Assembly (NCBI GenBank): GCA_010909165.1
Contig: MU008157.1
Location: 1,062,059-1,126,058 of the forward strand
Length of the DNA stretch: 64,000 bases
DNA from: Anthoceros angustus
Taxonomy: Eukaryota; Plantae; Anthocerotophyta
Direction of reading: 5' to 3'
The notes under the pieces were generated by a model. The model was not told where the DNA came from. It made no database searches and saw only the letters and a program-made list of their open reading frames with translations. Below, one piece after another: positions 34,501-48,200 of this stretch. Positions within the stretch are counted from its first letter, which is position 1, and each line of letters begins with the position of its first letter. The position numbers and the translations under genes are program-made.

Positions 34501-35400
34501 CAAAGGATGCCATGCATCTTCAAGCTCCTTGCTTGTGAGAAGTCCCTCGGTTTCCCATAAATGCACCAAATAGGTGCTGAGGTAGCAGGCCTTGGCCTTC
34601 CTCATCCACGAATTTGGCTTGAGGAGCTTCTCGATGGTGGATGTACGCTTCATACATGATGGTCCCCAATCGGCTTGGCTCCCATGGAAATCTTCCACAA
34701 AAATTGGAGGAAGTTGGTCTTTGAAATAAGAAGTGCGTTGGTAATTTACCAACCCCAGCACAATCTTTGCGAAGAGCCTCCACTTGACTCCTTGATGCTC
34801 TCGGTCTTCCAGCCATTCTTGGCGTGGGCCTTCACTCCTCCATCCATCATGTCAAGGAACTCTGCGGGATGTCGAGAGGGCTGTCCTCTTCCCTCCATTC
34901 GACCTTTCGAGGAGAGCAATTCGAGCTCTCCTCCTCCGCCTTCCTCATCCACGAATTTGGCTTGAGGAGCTTCTCCTTCCCTTGCCTTCCTAACAATATC
35001 CTACAACTCAAGTTCCAAAAGAACCAAATCTCGGGGTTGCTGCCCGATTGATGGAGGTTGATGTAACACTCCTCAATCAATTCCAATTGGTGTAGGCCCA
35101 TTGGCGGCCATACACCCATCCAATTGGATGTTCTCCTCCTCGCCTTGCGAAAATCAACCAAATCTCGGGGTTGCTGCCCAAAGCAAGTGAATTGGGGCAT
35201 CACAAGTTCACCTCCCACGGCGCAGCCTGCTGCTTCTTTCCTTTCTCCTCTCGAGGAAGAGCCCTTGCGGCTCCTTCCCTTGCCTTTTCCTCGAGGCATG
35301 GCTCTTCTTCTTCAAGCTTCAAGGAAGGAATTACTTCCCAATTGGATGTTCTCCTCCTCTTCTTCTTCTCCTCAAGGCTACACTTAACCATTGGATGGCA
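25560..35400 (-). mobile_element. Scrambled, reiterated fragments of gypsy element B (3' LTR, 3' region and accessory ORF)
   Basis: The same modules recur many times with indels and (CCT)n runs; a more linear version is at 55365-60215. Confidence 0.7.
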
Positions 35401-38300
35401 ACCAAGACCTCACGAATATATTTCCACATTGCCGCCAATTCTCCTTGATGCTCTCGGTCTTCCAGCCATTCTTGGCGTTGCTTGGCATCTTCGTTTTCCT
35501 CAACTTCTTCCTCAACTTCTTCCTTCCTCCTCTTGCTTCCTCAACTTCTTCCTCATCCACGAATTTGGCTTGAGGAGCTTCTCCTTCCCTTGCCTTCCTC
35601 CTCTTGCTTCCTCAACTTCTTCCTTCCTCCTTCCTCCTCTTCTTCTTCTTCTCCTTGCGCGCGCCTTCCTCGGCGATGGCGATGGCGATGGCGTTTTCCT
35701 TCTCCTTCCCTTGCCTCTAGCATGCTTGCACCGAATGTCCAATTGTGCATTGAGGAGGACCTTGGTCACATTGCCGCCATTGAAGTTGCTTGGCGCCCAA
35801 ACTTTGCACTTTGCCTCTTTGGATGCCACGGAGGCCACAACCCTAGATTGGGTTCATCATTCCAAAATCCTAATCTACCTATTTTCCTATTTTCCTATCC
35901 TAATTAATCACTTCTAATTACTCTTTATATTATTCCCTATTGGTGAGCATATATAGTGGATATCCCCCTATTCTAAATTTCCTTTTTGCGAGATTGTTCA
36001 TCATCATGTTATCACATGACTTGTAGCTGGTATATGAGATACTCTTTCTCCTCTTCCTTCCTCGGCGATGGCGATGGCGATGGCGATGGCGCGGTGATGG
36101 CTTCTTCCTCCTTGCCTTCCTCGGCTTGGCTCCCATGGAAATCTTCCACAAAAATTGGAGGAAGTTGCCCAAACACTTTGCCTCTTTGGATGCGCCACAG
36201 GCCACAACCCTAGATTGGGTTCATCATTCCAAAATCCTAATCTACCTATTTTCCTATTTTCCTTCCTCCTTGCCTTCCTAATTAATCACTTCTAATTACT
36301 CTTTATATTATTCCCTATTGGTGAGCATATATAGTGGATATCCCCCTATTCTAAATTTCCTTTAGCGAGATGTTATTGTTCCATCCAATAAATATGCAAT
36401 GGAGTCGACCTCCCGTCTTCCTCATCCACGAATTTGGCTTGAGGAGCTTCTCCTTCCCTTGCCTTCCTCCTCACCACAAGGTGGTTTCGACCCGTTCTTT
36501 TCCCTAAGTATCCTCCTTGCCTTCCTAACAACATCCTACAACTCAAGTTCCAAAAGAACCAAAAACGTTAGCATGCTTCCTCTACACCATTTCTAATCAA
36601 AAGAAGTTGAACTGTTGCAAAACAAACTCACTTGATCCGATGGCGAACTTTTGCGTTCCCATGTTGTTTTATTCCCAACTTGTACTCGGCTTTGAGGCGT
36701 CACAATATATGGCCAGCTTTGCCTCCCCGCTCCATATCGTGCAATTAAGAATTGTCTTCATGAACTCAGATGGAATTCTTCTAATGAGCGTGTGTGGAGT
36801 ACCATGTAGACCGACATCTTTCTCTATGGTCCTTGGGCAAAGAACACAATAATTCTAGAAGGAGCTGTTAATATACGAACCCCTTCTTTTGGTTTTGGAC
36901 CCCTTTCACGAAGTCGACACAATCCTTAATACGACATTACCCTTGTTGTTCCGTCCACAAACAAAAAGTCTGCATTTTTCTATTGACATGATAGAGAGCC
37001 TATGTAGGCGCCGCCGCGCCCCTCCGTGATGTGTTCATGGACACCATTCAATAACTTCAGATCAAAACTAAACATGGTTCTCGTTGGAAAGAAACAAAAC
37101 CGAATGTTGTATCGACATAGAATGTATGACCACTTCTAAGTTCCACGTCGCTCCACTTCTAGGTCTTCAAAACCGTCGTTCTTGCCCATTGCTTGGCATC
37201 TTCGTTTTCCTCAACTTCTTCCTTCCTCCTTCCTCGTCCATTGCGTTGGTGGTTACCTTCTCCTTGCGCGCGCCTTCCTCCTTCCTCGTCCATTGCGTTG
37301 GTGGTTACCTTCTCCTCCTTCCTCGTCCATTGCGTTGGTGGTTGCCCAAACTTTGAAAAATATTATATATATTATTCCCAACTTGTACTCGGCTTTGAGG
37401 CGTCACAATATATGGCCAGCTTTGCCTCTTTGGATGCCACGGAGGCCACAACCCTAGATTGGGTTCATCATTCCAAAATCCTAATCTACCTATTTTCCTA
37501 TTTTCCTATCCTAATTAATCACTTCTAATTACTCTTTATATTATTCCCTATTGGTGAGCATATATAGTGGATATCCCCCTATTCTAAATTTCCTTTTCCT
37601 CGAGGCATCACGGTGACATGCCATCGTTAGATAATAAGGTCTTCTTGGTGGTTACCTTCTCCTCAAGGCTACACTTAACCATTGGATGGCGATGGCGATG
37701 GCGATGGCGATGGCGCGGTGATGGCTTCTTCCTCCTTCCTCCTTCCTCGTCCATTGCGTTGGGATCTTTTCTTCCTTCCTCGTCCATTGCGTTGGTGGTT
37801 GCCCAAACACTTTGCCTCTTTGGATGCGCCACAGGCCACAACCCTAGATTGGGTTCATCATTCCAAAATCCTAATCTACCTATTTTCCTATTTTCTTTTC
37901 CCTAAGTATCCTCCTTGCCTTCCTAATTAATCACTTCTAATTACTCTTTATATTATTCCCTATTGGTGAGCATATATAGTGGATATCCCCCTATTCTAAA
38001 TTTCCTTTTCCTCGAGGCATCACAAGTTCACCTCTAAGTAATTGCCTTAAACATACTAGTCCGCTCTTCTTCTTCACCTTGGTGAGGATTGTGCATTGAG
38101 GAGGACCTTGGTCACATTGCCATTGCATTTGGCACCTACTCTCCTCACCACAAGGTGGTTTCGACCCGTTCTTTTCCCTAAGTATCCTCCTTGCCTTCCT
38201 AACAATATCCTACAACTCCGACTTCAAGATTCTCGAAATTTTCTGGCATGCTCCTCTTCAATCGTTCTTAGCCAAAAAAATCAAACTTGTTCGTCTTGGC
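35400..38300. repeat. Mosaic of short modules from element B and the 3.65-kb unit
   Basis: A ~160-bp module (gccacaaccctagattgggttc...ctaaatttcct) recurs at ~35830, 36200, 37445 and 37835, mixed with (gatggc)n and unit fragments. Confidence 0.8.
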
Positions 38301-38345
38301 TTTTGGGCTGGTTGCCCAAACTTTTCGTTCCACATACTCCCCACC

Positions 38346-41300
38346 TCACTGTTTGCGTCCTCGCAAACAACATTCGGGAAGGTACTTCTTGACCTTCCAC
38401 CCATTTACTCTGGTCGGCAATAATTCGCCGCCCAGTACCCGGAGTTGCACGGATCCATTCTCGTATACTGCTACCACCTCGTAAGGTCCCATCCATCTCA
38501 ATCTAAGCTTCCCTGGAAAGTCTAGGTATCGACTATCATATAGAAGAACCAAATCCCCGTCCACGATAGTCTCTTGCTTCCTCAACCTCCCATCATGCCT
38601 GTCCTTCCCGAGTTCCTGAATCCGCTGGGTTTCTTCTAAAGCATCTTCCCTACGTTCCTCCTGCTCTATGAACGATTCTAGTCTAGCTACCTGGCTATCT
38701 TCTACAGTCATGCGTTCATCCTCCATGATCCTGTAGGTAGGTACTTCAAATTCCACGGGCATCACAGGTGACATGCCATATGTTAGATAATAAGGGGTCT
38801 TCTTGGTGGTTACCTTCTCCTCCTCCTGTAAGCCCACTGCGAATGCAACTTAGCATCCCAATCATACATGTGTGTCACCTTGGTGAGGATTGTGCAGCAA
38901 CCCATTCGTCTTCTCCGTCAATCCATTCGCTTTGGGGTTGTAGGGGGTCGTCTTTCGATGCCGAATGTTGAAGTAGGTGGTTAGGGACTCAACGATGAGT
39001 TGAGGAAATGTGTCCCCTCACGACCAACTCTAAAGGACATCCATACCTCGTTATGATGTTCTCGAATAAAAACTTTGCTCTGCGGTCGTCGTCCTTCCTC
39101 GTTGCTTGACTTCCACCATCTTCGTGCAATAATCCGTAGCCACCAAAATGTACTGCTTCCTCGTCCATTGCGTTGGTGGCTTGATTGGTCCTACGAAATC
39201 GATTCCCCACTTCTCGAACGGTGCTAACGGTAAGATGTAGGTAAGAGGCCATTGTGTCGACAACGAGGCCGCCCAACCCTCGACACGCATCACACCTCGG
39301 TGAACTCCCACATCCTTTTGCATCGTAGCCCACGAACCCGCATTCAAAATCTTCTTAACGGTCACACTGCGAATAGTGTCCACCTCCCTAGGGCCTTCTC
39401 CTCCTCCTCCTCCTCCTCCTCCTCCTCGCCTCGAGACACCGTCGAATCTTCTCGTCCGGCCCAAGTTTGTACAAGATGCCTTCCCGCAGGCAATAGGGTG
39501 CGGCTTTATGGAGAAAAACCGCCCGCCCTTCCTTGGACAAACCATCCGGCATGATTCCATGCTCCAGGAATTTGTGTACTTCACCGCTCAACAGATACCT
39601 CGGGCATGAACGCCCCTCACGTTCTAATCTCCTCCTCCTCCTCCTCCTCCTCCTCCTCCTAGGACGTCCGTTAGTAGCTCCAGATGGCGTGTATCCATCT
39701 CGCCCACTTCTAGGTCTTCAAAACCGTCGTTCTTGCCCATTGCTTGGCATCTTCGTTTTCCTCAACTTCTTCCTCGTTGCTTGGCATCTTCGTTTTCCTC
39801 AACTGTTGCATGCTCTTCCTCGTCCATTGCGTTGGTGGTTACCTTCTCCTCCTCGCTCCTAGCCTCGTGTCTAGGTCCATCTCGTACTCCCATGGCGACC
39901 TCCTCGACTTGTTGCACCTCCATGGTGATTTTGAGTGATTGCCCAGATCGCCAACTCCTCGTCGAAATCGGTCATCGTTCATCCTCCTCGTTCTTGCCCT
40001 CTGGTGTGTCCACCTCCCTAGGGCCTTCTCCTCCTCGCGGCCCTATGGCGCCTGGTTTCCGACCTCGCCAAGTGTGGTTCTTCTCGTCATTCAAAAACGG
40101 TGCTCTCATGTCCGTTTTTGCTTCTTCCTTTTGCCAACGTGTGGCCTCCACTTGCAGCCCTCCTGACTGCTCACCCTTGAGGAGCATTTCAGCCTCCTCC
40201 TCGCGCCCATGCTGGCGCCCTCTTATCCTCTCTCGGATTTCCAGATTGTCCTGCTGCAGCTTTTCCTGCACAACGCTCCCTTCTTGCTCATTTGGCCTCT
40301 CTGCTGGCAACAAGACTTGCTGATCAATTCTTAGGCCGTCTACAACATGCTCACGTCCTCCCCCTTCGACCCAGGCCGTGGCAACCAACTCCTCGTCAGG
40401 AAATCGGTCATCCGTGGCCTCAAGTCGCTCTCCGCCAGACGAGAAATGAAATCGATTCGATGTTGCTTCCTCGGCCTAGTTTCTCGTCATAGTCAAACTC
40501 TTGCAGCATAATACCCACGGCAATCCTTCACGAATCGGCTTGTTGACAAGATACTTCAACGCAAAATGGTCAACATGAAGCGTCACCTTGCAAGCAAGCG
40601 GATAGTGTCTAAACTTCTTACGAGTAAATGATACCAAGACCCTCCGCTCCGTGGTTGAGTAGTTCTTTTCGGCATCCGTGAGTGTACCCGCATAGAAAAA
40701 TCGGATGATCCGTTTCTTCTCATCTTCCGACTTAAGACGGTCCCAATGGCATAGCGGACACATCCACGTATCGTGAAACGGCTTCTCCCAATCGGTTGTA
40801 AGTTGGCGCTCACCAAGCATCCTTCAAGCTGAAAAGCCTCTCTTGCATTGGTCCATTCGAAGGTGTATCCTTCTTGGTCAATTGTGTCAACAAGGCTGCC
40901 TTCTTGGCGAAATCCTTGATGAACCTCTGTACCCACTAGTCCTACAAAAGCTTGCAGCATGTTTTGTGTCTCAAGACATCGTCTCCAATAATCAGAGCTC
41001 ACATACCTTGCTAGGTTCTAACTCTAGGTCTTCAAACTCGATGTGCCAACAAAATACCTCCGTCATACCAAAATAACACTTCCGGATGAAGTTTCATGTT
41101 CGACTCCTGCAAAACATTGCCTCAAATGGTCTAAATGGTTCTCTCTCCCAACACGCAAATCATCCAGAATACCTCCATGAACTTCTCGGAAATCTCGAAT
41201 ATCGCGTTCACCACCGTTGGAAAGTGGCGGGGCATTGCACAACCCGAAGGGAGCTTGAATAAGCGTAAGTTCCCCAATCCGTGGTGAATGTTGTCTTGTC

Positions 41301-44300
41301 CTGATCCTCCTTCGAGCAAATTTGATTGTACCCAGAATACCCGTCCAAGAAACTGTACATCTCATGTCCACATCGTGTCCAGACTGTCCATGAAAGGTAA
41401 AGGGTGATGATCCTTCTTCGTTGCTTCATTGAGCTTCACGAAATCTTGACACCGAACCTTTCCTGCCGCTTCTTTGGTACAATCACGATGGGGCGACCCA
41501 CTCCGGTGAGCACCGGATAAATTACCCCACCTCCAAATATTGGTCGGTGATCCTTAACAACCATGGAATACTTGGGATTCACAGATTGCTTGATCCTCAA
41601 GTCTTGCCCTCCTTCAAATCGATTCGATGTATCCCAATTCTTCCGGTATCTGTCATGTCAAGAATCTTGAAGGCAAACACATCGACATATTCTCTAAGCA
41701 CTCTGAAACTCTTCTTTTCTATCCGCCTAGGTACTTAGAAATCTTGACTACCTTGCTAGGTTCTAACTCTAGGTCTTCTACCGATCGGATCTACATATGT
41801 TCCTCCTACCTATCTTGGTTCGGATCCCTCTTAGGAAAATCTCGATCATAGGCCTTACCCTTCCAAAGGCTACTCCTTCCTATGTGCCTCATCCTCGGAC
41901 TCTCTCTTCCTCTATATGTAAGCATACACCAAAATCACTCTTTATTTGACCTCACCGAGACCCCGATATGCTTGGTCACCGCCCGAGGAGCTTACCCCGT
42001 GCTACGAGGTGTACCGACCGGATTGCGACTCCCCTCATAGGAGCCTTGCTCCATGACACAAAAGCGATCGCAGTCCGTTTCTCTTGGACTTGAAGGTGAT
42101 GCCACTCGACCAAAATCAAAAACACACGCAGACCATACAACCAAGGCCTACCTATCAAAACCTTATAGCCTAAATCCAAACCGCCGCATCACAATGTAGG
42201 TAAGATGGAAGGTGAGACCCCAATCATAGTGGGTACATTCCTCCAATGGCTTTCTCCTGTCAGTGCCATCGTAAAAATACTCGGGCGGGTGAAACTCGGT
42301 GAACCCAAGTTGATGAGTCTCCTCCGTCATCAAGTTGACTCCGATCCCGAATCTAATGGCACGTTGGGCACCAAACACCGCAATCTCAACCTCAATCTCG
42401 GGTGCCCCAAAATCAACGAGTTCGACCACATTTACCTCCTCCGGCGTTTCTCCTCCCTACGCTTGAGATTCCCCGATCGCCTCCTTCACAATTTTGCGGG
42501 ATCTCGGACTCACTTAAACAGCATCTCAGGCCACAAATTCGCGGTCAAGTAATGCGTCGTGGCCCGGAGATCTTATCGACAAGGTTTCCTCCCGCTTGCA
42601 GCCACAGCCAGTCGACTCGACCTTATTGGTAAAGTTCGATTCCATGATCCCTCCTATCGGTGGGATCCATACCGTGGATCCACAATTCGCTCGCGACCTC
42701 CGCTTCCGTCGGGTGAGCTGTTTAATTCATCTTCCGGCCGCTACTTCTCGGCTAATGTCGGGAAGCGATTCGTTCCTCCCCTCCTTTGGCCCTTCTTCCA
42801 CGATTGCCATTGCGTTGGGATCTTTTTCTTCTATGCTTCTTTGGAAGCTTGCACCGAATGTTGTATCGACATAGAATGTATGACCACTTCTAAGTTCCAC
42901 GTCGCTCCACTTCTAAGTTCCACGTCGCTCCACTTCTAAGTTCCACGGCTCGGAGGCCAGGTGAGTCGTCCCTCACCTTCCTCCTTCCTTTCCTCGTGCC
43001 GCCCGTTTTCCGCTCGGCCTTTCTCTCGGGCGATCGGTGGTCACCTGGCCACCATCAACCCCTTCATCGCTCATCTCTCCTTCATACCTTGCTCTATAGC
43101 TTATGGAAGATGAAGTTTACCATGATTGTTCGATAATTGTTCATGGACACCATTCAATAACTTCAGATCAAAACTAAACATGGTTCTACGTTGGAAAGAA
43201 ACAAAACCGAATGTCCAATTGTGCATTGAGGAGGACCTTGGTCACATTGCCGCCATTGAAGTTGCTTGGCATCTTCGTTTTCCTCAACTTCTTCCTCATC
43301 AACCGCTTGCGTAAGCACCGGCGATTGTGGTCGTAGCCTATGGATCATTCCTTTGCAGGAGCTTACCCCGTGCACAGGATCCCCATTTTATGTCCCAATT
43401 CTTCCGGTATCTGTCATGTCAAGAATCTTGAAGGCAAACACATCGACATATTCTCTAAGCACTCTGAAACTCTTCTTTTCTATCCGCCTAGGTACTTAGA
43501 AATCTTGACTACCTTGCTAGGTTCTAACTCTAGGTCTTCTACCGATCGGATCTACATATGTTCCTCCTACCTATCTTGGTTCGGATCCCTCTTAGGAAAA
43601 TCTCGATCATAGGCCACCCTTCCAAAGGCTACTCCTTCCTATGTGCCTCATCCTCGGACTCTCTCTTCCTCTATATGTAAGCATACACCAAAATCACTCT
43701 TTATTTGACCTCACCGAGACCCCGATATGCTTGGTCACCGCCCGAGGAGCTTACCCCGTGCTACAGGTGTACCGACCGGATTGCGACTCCCCTCATAGGA
43801 GCCTTGCTCCATGACACAAAAGCGATCGCCGCAGGTCCGTTTCTACTGGACTTGAAGGTGATGCCACTACGACCAAAATCAAAAACACACGCAGTACCAT
43901 ACAACCAAGGCCTACCTATCAAAACCTTATAGCCTAAATCCGAAACCGGCCGCATCACAATGTAGGTAAGATGGAAGGTGAGACCCCCAATCATAGTGGG
44001 TACATTCTTCAGCACCCCCAATGGCTTCCTCCTTGTCTGGTCGGCCATCCGTAAAAATACTCGGGCCGGGTGAAACTCAGTGAACCCAAGTTGATGAGCT
44101 GTCTCCTCCGTCATCAAGTTGACTCCCGATCCCGAATCTAATGGCACGTTGGGCACCAAACACCCTGCAATCTCAACCTCAATCTCGGGTGCCCCCAAAT
44201 CAACGAGTTCGACCACATTTACCTCCACTGGCCGTTTTCTCACTCCTACTGCTTCAGGGATTCCCCTGATCGCCTCCTTCACAATTTTGCGGGATCTCGG

Positions 44301-45285
44301 ACTCACCGCAAGCAACTGTCTCAAGCTGACCACAAATTCGCGGTCAAGTAATGCGTCAGCGAAACTGGAGATCTTATCTGACAAGGTTTCCTCCCCGTTT
44401 GCAGCCCTGGCGCTGGTCGATTCCGACCTTATTGGTAAAGTTTCCGATTCCATGATCCCTCCTATCGGTGGGATCCATACCCGGATCCACAATTTTGCGG
44501 GATCTCGGACTCCCCTCCTTTGGCCCTTCTTCATTGCTTGGCATCTTCGTTTTCCTCAACTTCTTCCTCATCAACCGCTTGCACCGAATGTTGTATCGAC
44601 ATAGAATGTATGACCACTTCTAAGTTCCACGTCGCTCCACTTCTAAGTTCCACGTCGCTCCACTTCTAAGTTCCACGTCGCTCCACTTCTAAGTTCCACG
44701 TCGCTCCACTTCTAAGTTCCACGTCGCTCCACTTCTAAGTTCCACGTCGCTCCACTTCTAAGTTCCACGTCGCTCCACTTCTAAGTTCCACGTCGCTCCA
44801 CTTCTAAGTTCCACGGCTCGGAGGCCAGGTGAGTCGTCCCTCACCTTCCTCCGCTTCCTTTCCTCGTGCGCACGCCGTTTTTCCGCATTCGCCTTTCTCG
44901 ATCGGTGGTCACCTGGCCACCATCAACCCCTTCATCGCTCATCTCTCCTTCATACCCTTCTTTGGAAGCTTGCACGGCATGTTTTGTGTCTCGACATCGT
45001 CTCCAATAATCGTAGCTCACATACCTTGCTCTATAGCTCGCCATATAGATTGGCCATTGCATTTGGCACGAGTTTGTGTTTCTAATATGCAAAAAGAATG
45101 TGCATTGAGGAGGACCTTGGTCACATTGCCGCCATTGAAGTTGCTTGGCGTCCTCAATCGGTTTGAATTCTCACGGTCTGGTGTCACTCGCGCCACCCCG
45201 TGCACAGGATCCCCATTTTATGTCCAATTCACATACCGCAAAAGGGCACATAACCCACTTGCTTCCGAGGTTCGGGCATTCGCTT
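38346..45285 (-). pseudogene. Ty3/gypsy gag-pol of element B (gag, protease, RT, RNase H, integrase); frameshifted and partly rearranged
   Basis: PR VPLDSGSGVNLM; RT LDGYSGYNQI, KTTFTTDWGTY, PFGLCNAP; RH AEKNYSTTER, VDHFALKYL; IN PFEKWGIDFVGP, ATDYCTK, ITRYGCPLEL, TPYYLTYG, KLRLRWMGPY; CCHC remnant at ~45200-45245. Confidence 0.9.
41570..44630. repeat. ~1.3-kb duplication of the protease region (~41570-42900 and ~43380-44630)
   Basis: Both copies contain cccaattcttccggtatctgtc and the protease. The left copy is more deleted. Confidence 0.85.
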
Positions 45286-45286
45286 G

Positions 45287-48200
45287 AGTACCATGTAGAC
45301 CGACATCTTTCTCTATGGTCCTTGGGCAAAGAACACATTTTGTGCACATCTTCTAATGCAAAAAGAATGTGCATCTACCTAGATTTGCAGCCATAGATTT
45401 TCTAGAAAAATCAACACAAACATCATTTTTGATTATCTTTGTTTCATTGAATTTAGACTTCATTTCTAATCAAGGAACAACAAAGAACACATTTTGTGCA
45501 CATCTTCTAATGCAAAAAGAATGTGCATCTACCTAGATGCAACATACATAGTATGCTATGATACCATGACTATAAGAACTATAATTATAAGGACTATATA
45601 GGTCAATTAATAATAAATAAAGAATAATTACATTGTATTCATCGAGAAAAACAACTTGCTTATGCATGAGAAGACAACTTCATGTCTATTCACCTAATGA
45701 CATAACCCTAACGAACGGGTATTTGTAAATAATTCTAAGTACTTACACATGCCTCCTATGGGATAGTACCCTAAACCCTCATCATAATCCCAACACTCTA
45801 TTTCATCACCTTGTCGCCTTGTTTCAGCCTTTTCTATAGCTCGCCATATAGATGCACAAGGGAAGAGGGCCAAGTGGCAGCCATGTCTCGCCGGCGTTGC
45901 TTGGGAAGTGCTTGGCGTCCTCAATCGCTTTGAATTCTCACGGTCTGCGGTGTTGGTAGGCAATCTATGAACCGCCTTGATGAGACCATCTTAGACTCCG
46001 GCGTTCTTCATTGCTTGCCATAGTACTCAATAGATCGGTACCTTGTCAAAGGCTTTGGCGAGGTCAATAAAGCAACATCTTCGTTTGTTACCCTTTTTTC
46101 CCGATTAGGAGTGGAGTTCAATTAGGTGGGCTTGCCCGCTATATATCCTTCTTTGGAAGCTTGCGGCATGTTTTGTGTCTCGACATCGTCTCCAATAATC
46201 GTAGCTCACATACCTTGCTCTATAGCTTATGGAAGATGAAGTTTACCATGATTGTTCGATAATTGTTCATCATCATGTTATCACATGACTTGTAGTGGTA
46301 TATGAGATACTCTTTCTCCGATCGGTGGTAGTTCCCCTGTCTTGTATACCCCCTCAAAGTAGCTTAGTGATATGTTGCTAAAGGTAAGTTGGTGTCTATA
46401 GTTGGTTTTACGATGTCTGCTATGAGGCCCACCTTATGAATTGCCCTGCCACAACAAGATAAGAGCGTTTCAAAGGTTTGTCACTAATGTGAGCACTTAA
46501 GCATGCTTGTACCCGAATGTCCAATTGTGCATTGAGGAGGACCTTGGTCACATTGCCGCCATTGAAGTTGCTTGGGCGCCCGTGCCGCCCAGGCTGGTTC
46601 TGAATATTCAGCCGTCCTTGTGTACCTTGACCTCCACTAGTGGAATTTAAGATGCATTTATTAGCCTCTAACAGAAACTTTGAAATATCGACGAAGACCC
46701 ACTCGTTTCTATTGTCTTTCACAATTGTTTTTAATATACTTAGCGTTCTTTAAAAGTTTTGAATATAGAATTTTTACAGATTTGTTCTAACCATTGGTTT
46801 ACATAAGGTCTTCAAATATAAAGATGTTTTAGAAATTATTTTCTTTCTTTGTTTTGTCATGGATTTCAAATCGTTGCCCTTGGTTGAAGTGGAGTCCAAC
46901 TTTGACACTCTTTTAAGTTGGATGAGAGGTTCATAATGTTCTCTCTTTGCATCAAATAGAATACTTAAAGGTCTTGGCGTAGAAGAGGCGTATCATATTT
47001 ACACATCAACGTCTTGCTTTGCATCGACCATACGAATATCCTTCTCCTCAAGGCTACACTTAACCATTGGATGGCAGTTGCATCACCCCATAAACCGTTT
47101 AACTTTGCTGGCAATTTCATATTATATATATCTTTGTTTGATATTTCGATATTTGGTCCATGGATGGCAACCAAGACCTCACGAATATATTTCCACATTG
47201 CCATTGCGTTGGGATCTTTTCTTCTATGCTTCTTTCCAATTGCGACATTGCTTTGATTCGCAGTTCCGCAGATGTTATTGTTCCATCCAATAAATATGCA
47301 ATGGAGTCGAATAAGCGATGCCTACAATGTATCGGAAATCTTCACTTGTTTCAAGTCCATTATGTCGTAAAGCGGTGTATATATCCGGTAATTGTGTGCT
47401 CGTTTCCATTTGTTACGAGTCCTCAAAAATCTATTGTTTCTTGAAGAAAACTTCATGTAGCTACGGACATATATGCAATAAGTTATTTTCTTGAAGAAAT
47501 GTTGAATCGTAGGCATCACAAGTTTTTCCAATAAGAGTGCCTTATATGTGGAGGCCTACTTCACCTCTAAGTAATTGCCTTAAACATACTAGTGCTTGGG
47601 TGGGCAAAGCCTCGTTACCTTTAACCTCTTAAGTTATTTTGATAAACAATAATTCCTACTTGCATGAGAAGACAACTTCATGTCTATTCACCTAATGACA
47701 TAACCCTAACGAACGGGTATTTGTAAATAATTCTAAGTACTTACACATGCCTCCTCTATGGGATAGTACCCTAAACCCTCATCATAATCCCAACACTCTA
47801 TTTCATCACCTTGTCGCCTTGTTTCAGCCTTTTCTATAGCTCGCCATATAGATGCACAAGGAAGAGGGCCAAGTGGGCAGCCATGTCTCGCCGGCGTTGC
47901 TTGGGAAGTGCTTGGTGCGTCCTCAATCGGTTTGAATTCTCACGGTCTGCGGTGTTGGTAGGCAATCTATGAACCGCCTTGATGAGACCATCTTAGACTC
48001 GGCGTTCTTCATTGCTTGCCATAGTACTCAATAGATCGTACCTTGTCAAAGGCTTTGGCGAGGTCAATAAAGCAACATAATGTCTTCGTTTGTTACCCTT
48101 TTTTCTGATTAGGAGTGGAGTTCAATTAGGTGGGCTTGCCGCTATATATCCTTCTTTGGAAGCTTGCACGGCATGTTTTGTGTCTCGACATCGTCTCCAA

